Assembly: GCA_046596135.1 (NCBI GenBank)
Contig: JBKJMX010000060.1
Span: forward strand, 2,061 to 66,060
Reading direction: 5' to 3'
DNA length: 64,000 nucleotides
DNA from: Gemmatimonadales bacterium
GTDB lineage: Bacteria > Gemmatimonadota > Gemmatimonadetes > Gemmatimonadales > GWC2-71-9
Shown here: piece by piece, positions 50,409 through 59,207 of the stretch
How positions within the stretch are numbered: the stretch's first letter is position 1
Layout of the letters: each line of letters opens with the position of its first letter
The notes under the pieces: generated by a model
What the model saw: the letters and a program-made list of their open reading frames with translations, nothing else
Databases searched by the model: none
Told to the model about the DNA's origin: nothing
Position numbers and translations under genes: made by a program

Positions 50409-51770
50409 TCAGTCAGTAATGTGAAGTGGCTCGGGCACGGCTGCGCCGGCGGCGGTGTCCGCACGCAGTTCGGGCGGAATCAGGGTTCCTGCTACTGCGA
50501 TCTTGAGATTATCGCCATTCCGGGATTCCTCGGCAAGGAAGGCCAGGACATGGCTTGCCAGCGAGCGTTCGAGCGAGGTGATCATGTCGGCATGTTTGCC
50601 CAGCCTGATGTGCTCGCCCAGCGCCAGCAGAAGGTTGAGGTCGCCACCACCATGCGGGTCGTCGCTGACCGGCAGGACGATCCGCTCGGTGTCGTCGCGG
50701 TCCTTCTCGCCAGTGAACCGCGAGATGCTGATCACGCCCTGGCGCAAATCGCCCGTCAGTTCGCCCCCCTCAAAGAGCACCCGCACTTTCCGCGTGTTAT
50801 GCGTCGTATGCGCGTGCATCTCGAAGCTCGCGAAGATGCCGGACTCGTACTCCAGCAGGACGAGCTGGCTGTCGCAGACATCGTTGTCGTTCAGCCAGAC
50901 ACAATGCCCATACGGTCCGGTGGTGATTGCATGCAGGCGTGCCTCGCGGGTGTCCGGTCCGCCGCCGAGCACCACATCGTACGGCCATTCGGGCCGCGCA
51001 TCGAGGTAGAACCGGGTCGCGCTGTAGATACAGGTCTCCTGCAACGGGCAGTCGACGCATCGGGGCGTGGCACCAGGCGGCGCATTCTCGGGTCGGAAAT
51101 AGCCGAGTGATCCGTGCGACGTCACCGACACGACCCGCTGATCGACCAGCCACTGGAGCACGTCGAGGTCGTGCGAGGTCTTGGTGAGCACGATCGGTGC
51201 GGACTGGTCGGTCCGCCGCCACTCACCGCGCACGTAACTGTGTGCGAAGTGCCAGTGCCCGATGTTCTCGGTCAGGTGGACATGACGCAGCGCGCCGAGC
51301 TCACCAGAGGCGATGATCGCCTTGACCCGCTGGAAGAACGGTGCGTAGCGCAGGCCGTGGGCAATGAAGATGTCGGTGCCGACCTCGCGCTGTAGCGCGA
51401 GCAACTCGAGGCACTCGGCGAGTGTCGTGGCAGCTGGCTTCTCCAGCACAATGCGATAGCGATGGCGCGCGATGTCACGACAGATGGAGAAATGCGTCCG
51501 ATCGGGAGTACAGATGAAGACGACATCGGCGAAACGGGGGGCGGCCAGAAAATCATCAACAGACTCGAAGGTACGATCCTCCGGCAGGGCGTAGCGTGCC
51601 TGGAAGGTCAGGCGACGCCCGGCATCGGGTTCCACGACCCCGGCCACTTGCATCCCGGTCACGTGTGTCGCCATCAACTCGGCGAAGACCTTGTTGCCCC
51701 GTGAGCCAGCCCCGACGATCACGGCACGGAGCGCATTCTCGCTGACGATGGGAGTGGGCGGAAAGTCCAT
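50409..51770 (-). CDS. Gfo/Idh/MocA-family oxidoreductase
   Basis: N-terminal Rossmann region LRAVIVGAGSRGNKVF...FICTPDRTHF...VLEKP, with a long C-terminal alpha/beta domain. Confidence 0.85.
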   Translation of the reverse strand: MDFPPTPIVSENALRAVIVGAGSRGNKVFAELMATHVTGMQVAGVVEPDAGRRLTFQARYALPEDRTFESVDDFLAAPRFADVVFICTPDRTHFSICRDIARHRYRIVLEKPAATTLAECLELLALQREVGTDIFIAHGLRYAPFFQRVKAIIASGELGALRHVHLTENIGHWHFAHSYVRGEWRRTDQSAPIVLTKTSHDLDVLQWLVDQRVVSVTSHGSLGYFRPENAPPGATPRCVDCPLQETCIYSATRFYLDARPEWPYDVVLGGGPDTREARLHAITTGPYGHCVWLNDNDVCDSQLVLLEYESGIFASFEMHAHTTHNTRKVRVLFEGGELTGDLRQGVISISRFTGEKDRDDTERIVLPVSDDPHGGGDLNLLLALGEHIRLGKHADMITSLERSLASHVLAFLAEESRNGDNLKIAVAGTLIPPELRADTAAGAAVPEPLHITD

Positions 51771-51783
51771 TCCCGGAACCTAG

Positions 51784-52710
51784 TCACGGGCGGTACCAGG
51801 CGTGGCTCCGGAGTCGGTCATGCATCATCCGTGCGATCTTCAGTCGGCCGCTCGGCGCTGGGTGCACGCCGTCGCCCTGAAAATCGACACGGTCGTAACA
51901 GACATTGGCGGCGTTCAGGATTCCACTCGCACATGCAGGCGCCCAGAGGTATGCGCCCCATCCATACCACACTCCGTCGACCGATGGGTTCGCAGCCAGC
52001 CAGGTATTCAGCGCGTGACCCTCCTCGTAGCTCTGTGGTTCGCCACGATCGGGCCGGGTGGTGAATCCCCCGTAGCTGCGGGAGCTGGTGTACACTGCCT
52101 GGACAGACGGGAACTTACCCTTGACGCGTGCGGCGAACTCGCCGAGATGGGTGCGGAAGAGCTCGTAGTTGTTGCCGGTGGCGGGAAAGAGCGGGAGGGC
52201 TGTTCCGCCCGGGCCCATCCCGAACTGGTCGGCGGCCTTGTGGTAAATCACCCGCACCTGTGACGGCAGCACGCCGGCCTGCGGAAGGCGGCGCGTGACG
52301 CAATCATCCCAGAGCACGTCATCGAAGGCCGGGTCAATCCATCGTTCGATGGCGTGGCCCCCGACGGCGCAGTTGACGATGCGGACCGCAGGGCTGACCT
52401 CGCTCCGCCAGGCATTGGCGACCTGCTGAATCCACTCTGCGCATTCCTGATTGCCGTTGCTCATGCCGACGCATACCACACCGATCACGCCGTTCACCGG
52501 GGTGACGGAGGGCTCTGCGGCAGGAGACAGCGACAACGCCAACCCCTTGTAGGTGGCGGGGCCTCCAGCGAGGTGAGCAATCGGGTATGGGGTGGCCGCA
52601 TCGCCGCCTGGTGGCGGCGCCGGGACGGGATCGCTCGTTGAAGGATCTGAGCCGCACCCCAGCACGCTGAGCAGAAGGACAGCCGGGACGAACGGGAGCA
52701 ACACACGCAT
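51784..52710 (-). CDS. secreted lipoprotein, SGNH/GDSL-hydrolase-like
   Basis: Lipobox MRVLLPFVPAVLLLSVLGC from the ATG at 52710; the track start is a TTG at 52719. Candidate catalytic blocks are VCVGMSNG (Ser), AVGGHA and GDGVHP (Asp-x-x-His). The family assignment is tentative. Confidence 0.6.
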   Translation of the reverse strand: MRVLLPFVPAVLLLSVLGCGSDPSTSDPVPAPPPGGDAATPYPIAHLAGGPATYKGLALSLSPAAEPSVTPVNGVIGVVCVGMSNGNQECAEWIQQVANAWRSEVSPAVRIVNCAVGGHAIERWIDPAFDDVLWDDCVTRRLPQAGVLPSQVRVIYHKAADQFGMGPGGTALPLFPATGNNYELFRTHLGEFAARVKGKFPSVQAVYTSSRSYGGFTTRPDRGEPQSYEEGHALNTWLAANPSVDGVWYGWGAYLWAPACASGILNAANVCYDRVDFQGDGVHPAPSGRLKIARMMHDRLRSHAWYRP

Positions 52711-52806
52711 GGGAGCCAATCCGGTTCGGGATACTCCGGTGACGCCCGGACGGCGGATTCGTTAATCCACCGACCGGGCGCCGTCGAGATCCTCAGTGCC
52801 GCAGTA

Positions 52807-53568
52807 TCAGTCGATCCGCTCGATCGTGATGCGTGCGACCGGACCCCGCCAGCCGTGGAGGGCCACCGAGAGATCACCCACGCCCTGGATGTTGGCATGG
52901 CGCCGGATCACGTCCGAAGTGGCCACGCGGCCGTTGCCATCGGCCGGTGCGGGGACCGGCCCAGCGCCGCCGCAAGGATCAACGATCTGACTGAACAATT
53001 CGTTGTTCTGCTCCGTGCCAGCATCCCAAACGCCCACTTCGTGCACGTCGGCCTTCGAGCCGGACGGCAGCTTGACGCCATCAAGACCGGTGAAGCCATC
53101 GTTGGTGCAGATGGTCATCACGGCCAGCGACAGGCGGTTGGCGTTGCCGCGTGCGGTGATCTCGAACACCTGCGGATTGGGAAGCAACGCCTGGCCGCCG
53201 ACGCGATTGGTCGGGGTGTCGATGTCGACAACCGCGAACACGCCTGCCGTCGCGCGAACATCTGCCACCGCCCGCGTCTGGTCGCCGTCCTCGGCGATGA
53301 TGCGAATTCCTTCCGACGCGGGCTGGCCTGGGGTCCACACGGTCACGTCCTTCGTGTGTGTGGCGAGAACACCGGGTGAGAAGACCTGGCCGGTGCTGAG
53401 ATTCTCCAGCGTGACACGATAGCGGTGAACACCGGCGTCGGCGGCATTGGCTGACTTCTCGGCTTGGGAAGCCGCCAAGGCGTCTACTGAAGTGGGTGGG
53501 ACAGTGTCGTCAGCACAGGCCGCAACAATGAACAGGCCCGCCAGGGCCGTAATGGCAGGGAATCGCAT
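52807..53568 (-). CDS. spondin_N-domain lipoprotein
   Basis: Lipobox MRFPAITALAGLFIVAAC from the ATG at 53568 (GGAGG 7 nt upstream). YRVTLENLSTGQVFSPGVLATH... matches bacterial spondin-domain proteins as I remember them. Confidence 0.7.
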   Translation of the reverse strand: MRFPAITALAGLFIVAACADDTVPPTSVDALAASQAEKSANAADAGVHRYRVTLENLSTGQVFSPGVLATHTKDVTVWTPGQPASEGIRIIAEDGDQTRAVADVRATAGVFAVVDIDTPTNRVGGQALLPNPQVFEITARGNANRLSLAVMTICTNDGFTGLDGVKLPSGSKADVHEVGVWDAGTEQNNELFSQIVDPCGGAGPVPAPADGNGRVATSDVIRRHANIQGVGDLSVALHGWRGPVARITIERID

Positions 53569-53685
53569 GAGCATACCTCCCGTGGGGAACAGGGTGCCAC
53601 AGGCGTGACACATGGCGCGGCGCGCCACTGGACTGCTACGTCCAGCAGATGGGAATGGATCTATCCGGCAACGACCGCGTTGGAA

Positions 53686-54921
53686 TCAGGCGCGCGAAAG
53701 AATCCGCGACGTGACGCGCCCCACGCTCAACCCCTGCACGATGATCGAGAAGCAGACGATGATGTACGTGATCGTGATCAGCTTGTCGCGGAACGGGCTC
53801 ACCGGGAGCGACAGCGCCAGGGCCACCGAGATACCGCCTCGCAGCCCGCTCCAGGTGAGGATCACCGAGGCACCGCGGGGCAGCCGACGCCCACTGGGAA
53901 ACACCGACACGGGGCCTGCGACCGAAACCAGGCGCGCCAGCAGCACCAACGGAATCGCAATGGCTGCAGCCCACGGCACCCCCGGCTCCATGTCGAGGAT
54001 CACGACCTCAAGTCCCATGAGGACAAAGAGCACCGCGTTGAGGAACTCGTCGATCAACTCCCAGAACTGGTCGAGGCGGTGACGGGTGGTCTCGGACATG
54101 GCGAACTCGCGGCCGCGATTGCCGATGAGCAAACCGGCAACCACCATCGCGAGCGGACCGGACACGTGAAGGGTGTGCGCCAACGCGTACCCGCCAGTAA
54201 CCACGGCGAGCGTGAGCAGGATCTCGACCTGGTAGTTGTCGACCGCACGCAGCATCCGGTAGACGATGTATCCCATCACCGCGCCATACAGCAGGCCGCC
54301 CAGCACCTCCACCGCGACCAGCTTTCCCACCACCGCGGCCGTGATGGCCTCTCCGCCCAGCAGTTCCACCAGCAGGATGAACAGGACGACGCCGACGCCG
54401 TCATTGAAGAGCGACTCACCCGTGATGACGGTTTCAAGCTCCTTGGGCACCCCGACGCGCCGGAGGATCGCCCCCACGGCGATCGGGTCGGTTGGCGCGA
54501 TCAGCGCGCCGAACACCAGCATCCACGAGAGCGGAATGTCGAGCCCGATCATGCCGAAGAGCTGATGACCCACCACACCTACGATCAGGGTGGTGAGCAG
54601 CACGCTCCCGGTTGCCAGCGCCAGCACCAGGCCACGGTGGGCGATGAGCCGGCCGAGGTCGAGGTGCAGGGCGCCGGCAAAAAGCAGCGCGCCGAGCATC
54701 CCGTTGAGCACGGTGTCGTCGAAGTCGATCGCACGGATCACGTGCGAGAGATCGGCGATCGGAGCGAAGCCGAAATGTCCCGCCGCGACGATGAGCACCG
54801 AACAGGCGAGCGAGAGGACCATCAAGCCGATCGTCATCGGCAGGCGGATGAATCGGTAATTCGCCCACGCGAGAAATGCCGCGACGGTGGTGAGCGACGC
54901 AATGAGGTGAAATACGCTCAT
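53686..54921 (-). CDS. Na+/H+ (cation:proton) antiporter, CPA1/NhaP type
   Basis: About 12 TM helices with FGALIAPTDPIAV and ITGESLFNDGVGVV motifs. The ATG at 54921 is preferred over the track TTG at 54927. Confidence 0.88.
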   Translation of the reverse strand: MSVFHLIASLTTVAAFLAWANYRFIRLPMTIGLMVLSLACSVLIVAAGHFGFAPIADLSHVIRAIDFDDTVLNGMLGALLFAGALHLDLGRLIAHRGLVLALATGSVLLTTLIVGVVGHQLFGMIGLDIPLSWMLVFGALIAPTDPIAVGAILRRVGVPKELETVITGESLFNDGVGVVLFILLVELLGGEAITAAVVGKLVAVEVLGGLLYGAVMGYIVYRMLRAVDNYQVEILLTLAVVTGGYALAHTLHVSGPLAMVVAGLLIGNRGREFAMSETTRHRLDQFWELIDEFLNAVLFVLMGLEVVILDMEPGVPWAAAIAIPLVLLARLVSVAGPVSVFPSGRRLPRGASVILTWSGLRGGISVALALSLPVSPFRDKLITITYIIVCFSIIVQGLSVGRVTSRILSRA

Positions 54922-55012
54922 TGGCAAACCGATCGCGAAATGCCGACCAGGCGTCGGCAGGGCGATCCGGTCCCGCTGGCACGATAGCGTGCCAGCGGCC
55001 TCGGATCAACGA

Positions 55013-55447
55013 TCAACGACTGCGCTTGGCCGTGCTCTTGGCGCGCTTCGCGGTGCTCTTGGAGGCGACCTTGGCGCGCTTGGTGGTGCGCGTGCCCGTG
55101 ACGGCCTTCGAGGCCTTGGCGATCCGCGCGCGGGCGCTGGTCTTCGCCGACTTCACCGACTTCTTGGCGGCCTTGACGACCTTCGCCTTGGCCTTGGTCG
55201 CCTTCCCCGACTTGCTCGCGTTGCGTGCGGCGACGCCGGCTACCACTGCAGCGGCGACGCCGGCAACCGCAACGGCAACCTTGGTGGCTCTCGCGCGCCG
55301 CGCGGTGCGCCCTGACACCTTGTCCGCCACCTGTCCTGCCATCTTCATCGCGGCGGCACCCATAGAGGCGCCTGACTTTGCCGTGGATGAAACGGCCTTG
55401 CTGGCCGTGCGTGCCGCTGCGGTCCTGGTCGACTTGCTGATTGCCAT
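55013..55447 (-). CDS. Lys/Ala-rich basic protein (histone H1-like tail) with a central hydrophobic segment
   Basis: Track ORF trimmed to the ATG at 55447 (GGAGGA upstream). The sequence is MAISKSTRTAAART...ATKVAVAVAGVAAAVVAGVAARNA...KATKAKAKVVKAAKKSVKSAKTSARARIAKASKAV...KRAKSTAKRSR. Confidence 0.7.
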   Translation of the reverse strand: MAISKSTRTAAARTASKAVSSTAKSGASMGAAAMKMAGQVADKVSGRTARRARATKVAVAVAGVAAAVVAGVAARNASKSGKATKAKAKVVKAAKKSVKSAKTSARARIAKASKAVTGTRTTKRAKVASKSTAKRAKSTAKRSR

Positions 55448-55517
55448 GCCATCCTCCGATGAGTGAACGTGCCGGGGTGGAGCTGTTGCCGAAGTATACG
55501 TACACCGCGCGACGAGT

Positions 55518-57344
55518 TCACCCTGTGCGGTCGGCCATGGCGCGGCCGTACCGGGAGAGAATGCCCGCCCGCCCCACGGTTCCGAGCACCCGGCTGCTTG
55601 CGGCATCGATCACCGGGAACGCTGCCACACCCTGTGCGCCGAGGCGGCGTACGACCTCCAGCAACGGGATCTCGAGCGTCAGCGCCTCGGTCGCGGTGGC
55701 CACGTCGCGGGCGACCAATGCCTCATCCAGTGGCCCCTCATCCCTCGCAATGGCGCCGAGGCCGCGCTGCGTGACGACTCCGAGGAGCCGCCGCTCGGCG
55801 TCAACCACCGGGTACACCGTCTGGTCAGCGAAGGCGAGTTGCCGAATGAGGGCGTGCACCGGTTCATCGGCCCGCACCACCATGGCATCGCGGTCGATCG
55901 CGTCGGCGACGACCAGGCCCGCCAGGATGTCGTGATCGATGCCGTGTTCCAGATGGACGCCGCGTCGGCGCAACCAGCCACTGTAGAGGTTGTCCGGCTC
56001 GAGCCGCTTGACGACCACCATGGCAACCGCAGTGGCGACCATCAGCGGCAGCATGAGGGCGTAATCGTCGGTCATCTCGAAGACCATCATGATCCCGGTA
56101 ATCGGCGCCCCCGTGGCCGCGGCCACCATCGCCCCCATCCCCACGACCCCGTACGCCGCCGGTTGAATCCCTGCAGCGGGAAGCACCGATCGCAATCCCG
56201 CGCCGAACGCACCGCCGGTCGCAGCACCGACATACAGCGACGGCGTGAACACGCCGCCGGATCCACCCCACCCCAGGGAGAGCGCGGTCGCCACGATCTT
56301 GCCGATCGCGAGCAGCGCGATGACCCACCACGCCATGGTGCCGAAGATGTCGAGCGGGATCGCAAGGTGACCAGTACCCACGAGCAGCCCGCCCGACGCA
56401 GCCACCATGAGACCGATCAGCATCCCGCCCGCGCCCGCGCGCAGTGCGGTCACGTCGGTGCGCTGGTAGCGGAAGTAGGTACGGATGAACCATGCGCTGA
56501 CCACGCCGACCACGACCCCGAGCATCGGATACGCGATCGCCACCTCCCAGAGGTGGTGATACGAATACTCAACGGGGATGGGGAAGGCCGGATGGTTGCC
56601 GAAGACGGCGCGCGAAATCACCGCTGCCACGACGCTCGCCACCACGACGACCGGAAAGGCCGCCACGCTGAGTCCGCCGAGAATCTCCTCGAGCGCGAAG
56701 AACGCACCGGTGAGCGGCGCGTTGAATGCGGCGCTGATCGCGGCAGCGGCGCCGGCGGCCACGAGCAGGCGGGTACGGTCGGCGCCAAAGTGGAAGGCGC
56801 GTGACAGCATCGACCCTGCCGCCGCACCGAGGACTGCGACGGGGCCCTCCGAGCCGGCTGACGCTCCGCCGCCGAGGGTGGCGGCCGCGGCCGCGGTGCG
56901 CACCAGCGCGGGATGGGCGGGCACATGCCCGCCGGCACGCACCACGCGGCGTTGCACGTCGGCGACGTTCAGCCCCTCCTCGCCGGGCGCAAATCGCCGC
57001 ATGATCCACCACGCGACCACCATCGCCGCGCCGGTGATCAGCGGTCGCGTGACCCACGGTCCGAATGCCGGCAACCAGGTCGATGGCCACTTGAAGAACA
57101 CTGCATAGGAGAGGTCGATCAGCTTGTAGAACCCGACCACCCCGAATGCTCCGGCAAACCCCACCATGACGGCGAAACCGAGCAGGACGGCATTCTCCGA
57201 CAGATCGAGCGCATTGAACCAGACCACGAACCGGTCCCATGCCCCGGTCGCGATCCGGCCCGGCACGAAGAAGAGTCGTCGGGCACGGTGCGATACGAGT
57301 CGCGACGCCATGACGGCCATCCGCTGGAGGAACGAGTTGTTCAT
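55518..57344 (-). CDS. ClC-family chloride channel/transporter with C-terminal CBS pair
   Basis: Track ORF trimmed to the ATG at 57344 (MNNSFLQRM...). Motifs: GSEGP, GGSGGVFTPSL, G(A)PITG. Two CBS-like repeats sit at the C-terminus. Confidence 0.9.
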   Translation of the reverse strand: MNNSFLQRMAVMASRLVSHRARRLFFVPGRIATGAWDRFVVWFNALDLSENAVLLGFAVMVGFAGAFGVVGFYKLIDLSYAVFFKWPSTWLPAFGPWVTRPLITGAAMVVAWWIMRRFAPGEEGLNVADVQRRVVRAGGHVPAHPALVRTAAAAATLGGGASAGSEGPVAVLGAAAGSMLSRAFHFGADRTRLLVAAGAAAAISAAFNAPLTGAFFALEEILGGLSVAAFPVVVVASVVAAVISRAVFGNHPAFPIPVEYSYHHLWEVAIAYPMLGVVVGVVSAWFIRTYFRYQRTDVTALRAGAGGMLIGLMVAASGGLLVGTGHLAIPLDIFGTMAWWVIALLAIGKIVATALSLGWGGSGGVFTPSLYVGAATGGAFGAGLRSVLPAAGIQPAAYGVVGMGAMVAAATGAPITGIMMVFEMTDDYALMLPLMVATAVAMVVVKRLEPDNLYSGWLRRRGVHLEHGIDHDILAGLVVADAIDRDAMVVRADEPVHALIRQLAFADQTVYPVVDAERRLLGVVTQRGLGAIARDEGPLDEALVARDVATATEALTLEIPLLEVVRRLGAQGVAAFPVIDAASSRVLGTVGRAGILSRYGRAMADRTG

Positions 57345-57348
57345 CGAC

Positions 57349-58605
57349 TCATGGCGTCGTGATGGGGGCAGCTCGTCGCACGGCTTCGACGTCGGCGGGT
57401 AGCACAAGCGCGAGTGCGGCACGCTGGAGCGCCACCGCCGACTCCTTTCGTACTGCGTCGGTGAGCGCGGGATCGCCCACGGCAGCCAGTGCGGCCAGGG
57501 CCTGCTGGAGCGTGACAGCCACCTCGACGAGCGCCGCGCCGTCGCGGGCGATGGCGCTGAAACCATCGTGCACCATGTCGGCAGTGGCAACGGGGGGAAC
57601 CTGCACGCGGGTATGGCGGACTGGCTCAGGATCTTCGGCCGGCGCGGACCACGATGCCAGCAGGCGGACCAATCCACCGATCACCTGGATGGCGGTGCCT
57701 GGGTCATTGACGGCCGGGGAGAGTGCGCGACTCGCGGTTTCGGAAAGCACGACCAGGCCGAAACGCGGGTCATCGTCGAAGTGCCGCTCCCGGCCGATCA
57801 CAAACGCCTTCGCCACGCGGCGGATCTCCTCGGGGCGCGAAATGCCGGGAGCGCGGCGCACGATGTGGGCGACGGCCTGCCCGGGGGCGACAAACACCCC
57901 GGGCAGGCTCGCCACCACCACGGTCGCATCGCAATCTTCCGCGACCTGCTCGAGCGCATCGATGTCGATGCGCTGCACGAACCCGATGCTGGCGCCCGGC
58001 ACCTGTTCACCGTTCGGGACCTCGTCGGCCGGCACGCACCCAAGCGTCGGGTGCCGATGCCGACGTTCGATCGCCCGGTGGGTTGCGTCCTCCACCGTGG
58101 CGATCGTGGCTCCCACCCTCCCCAGTCGTGCGATCCGGTCGACCCACCGCACGAACGTGATGATGACGAGTGCGAAGGTCGCGAGCGTTAGCGCGAAGAG
58201 GACGAATCGTCCGGCGGGGCCGTAGTATTCATTCTGCAGCGCGATCCGCGCGACAATGCTGAAGATGAACGCCCCGATGAATGTCGACAGGGCATTCTGG
58301 GAGACATCGTCGGCGATGAGCAGGGTGAACGCACGGGGCGTGGCGGTGCTGCTCGCCGATGCGTATGCGGCGACCATCGAGGCCACCGCGAACGTCGCGA
58401 TCACCAGCATGCTCGACGACATGATCGAGAGCAGCGACTCGATCGATTCGGGCGCGACAGAGGGGACGTGCTCGCCGAGTCCGGTGCCGTCGGCAGAATG
58501 GGCCAGGAACGCGGCGGCCACGGACACCACGCCCATTGCAAGGGGACGAACCCAGAGCTGTTCGCCGATGCGATTGAGCATGAACCGGATGCGGCCTGCC
58601 ATCAT
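57349..58605 (-). CDS. DUF2254-family membrane protein
   Basis: MMAGRIRFMLNRIGEQLWVRPLAMGVVSVAAAFL..., four N-terminal TM helices and a soluble C-terminal domain. It ends 4 bp before the ClC start. Confidence 0.75.
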   Translation of the reverse strand: MMAGRIRFMLNRIGEQLWVRPLAMGVVSVAAAFLAHSADGTGLGEHVPSVAPESIESLLSIMSSSMLVIATFAVASMVAAYASASSTATPRAFTLLIADDVSQNALSTFIGAFIFSIVARIALQNEYYGPAGRFVLFALTLATFALVIITFVRWVDRIARLGRVGATIATVEDATHRAIERRHRHPTLGCVPADEVPNGEQVPGASIGFVQRIDIDALEQVAEDCDATVVVASLPGVFVAPGQAVAHIVRRAPGISRPEEIRRVAKAFVIGRERHFDDDPRFGLVVLSETASRALSPAVNDPGTAIQVIGGLVRLLASWSAPAEDPEPVRHTRVQVPPVATADMVHDGFSAIARDGAALVEVAVTLQQALAALAAVGDPALTDAVRKESAVALQRAALALVLPADVEAVRRAAPITTP

Positions 58606-58683
58606 TGCTCCAGCGCGCGGGTTGGGCGTCGACGTGTCGCGGACCGGGCAATCTATCCCGGCGCGGCTCGGTCCGAGATGAAA

Positions 58684-58707
58684 CCGGTGGGCCCCCGCCG
58701 GCGTTTT
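58684..58707 (+). terminator. terminator-like hairpin plus T4 inside the 5' leader of the YHS-like gene
   Basis: CCGGTGG-GCCC-CCGCCGG forms a 7-bp stem including one G-U pair. It is followed by CG-TTTT and lies 33 nt upstream of the ATG at 58740. No plus-strand gene ends upstream of it. Confidence 0.35.
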
Positions 58708-58739
58708 CCTTGATTGGCCTTCACACTCGGAGCACGTGC

Positions 58740-59201
58740 ATGCACCGGATTCTCAGCACCGCCCTGTTCGCGATCGCACTCTCACCACTGGCAGCCTCCG
58801 CCCAGCAGGTCGCCCAGGTCAATACCGATAGTGCCGGCGTCGCCATCCTCGGCTATGACCCGGTGGCGTATTTCACCGATGCCAAGGCGGTCGCGGGCAA
58901 GCCGGAGTTCACCGCCCGGCATGATGGTGCGACGTGGCGGTTTGTCTCGGCGGAACACCGCAACGCCTTCGTGGCCGACCCGGTCCGATATGCCCCGCAG
59001 TACGGGGGATACTGTGCGTACGGTGTGGCGGGCAACTACAAGGTGAAGATCGACCCGGAGGCGTGGCGCGTCGAGGACGGCAAGCTCTACCTCAACTACG
59101 ACCTTGGGGTACAGCGTCGCTGGTACTCCGACATCCCCGGCTACATCGCCCGCGCGACCCGCAATTGGCCCGGGTTGCGTGACGGACCGCGCAAGGACTG
59201 A
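58740..59201 (+). CDS. YHS-like domain secreted protein
   Basis: Track ORF trimmed to the ATG at 58740: MHRILSTALFAIALSPLAASAQ (signal peptide). Then GYDPVAYFTD...RFVSAEHRNAFVADPVRYAPQYGGYCAYGVA. Cys occupies the position that is Sec in selenoprotein members of this family, as I recall them. Confidence 0.75.
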   Translation: MHRILSTALFAIALSPLAASAQQVAQVNTDSAGVAILGYDPVAYFTDAKAVAGKPEFTARHDGATWRFVSAEHRNAFVADPVRYAPQYGGYCAYGVAGNYKVKIDPEAWRVEDGKLYLNYDLGVQRRWYSDIPGYIARATRNWPGLRDGPRKD

Positions 59202-59207
59202 TCGGCC

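Noticed and set aside
55020-55330. Repetitive GGCCTTGG / CTTGGC DNA, which could be a satellite or CRISPR-like repeat.
   Set aside because: It is the coding sequence of the Lys/Ala-rich tail (AAG/GCC codon reiteration on the minus strand). The repeats are irregular and lack unique spacers.
58740-59201. Possible selenoprotein (the YHS-like family has Sec-containing members).
   Set aside because: The ORF has no in-frame TGA, and the relevant position reads Cys (GGYCAYG). I noticed no SECIS-like hairpin.
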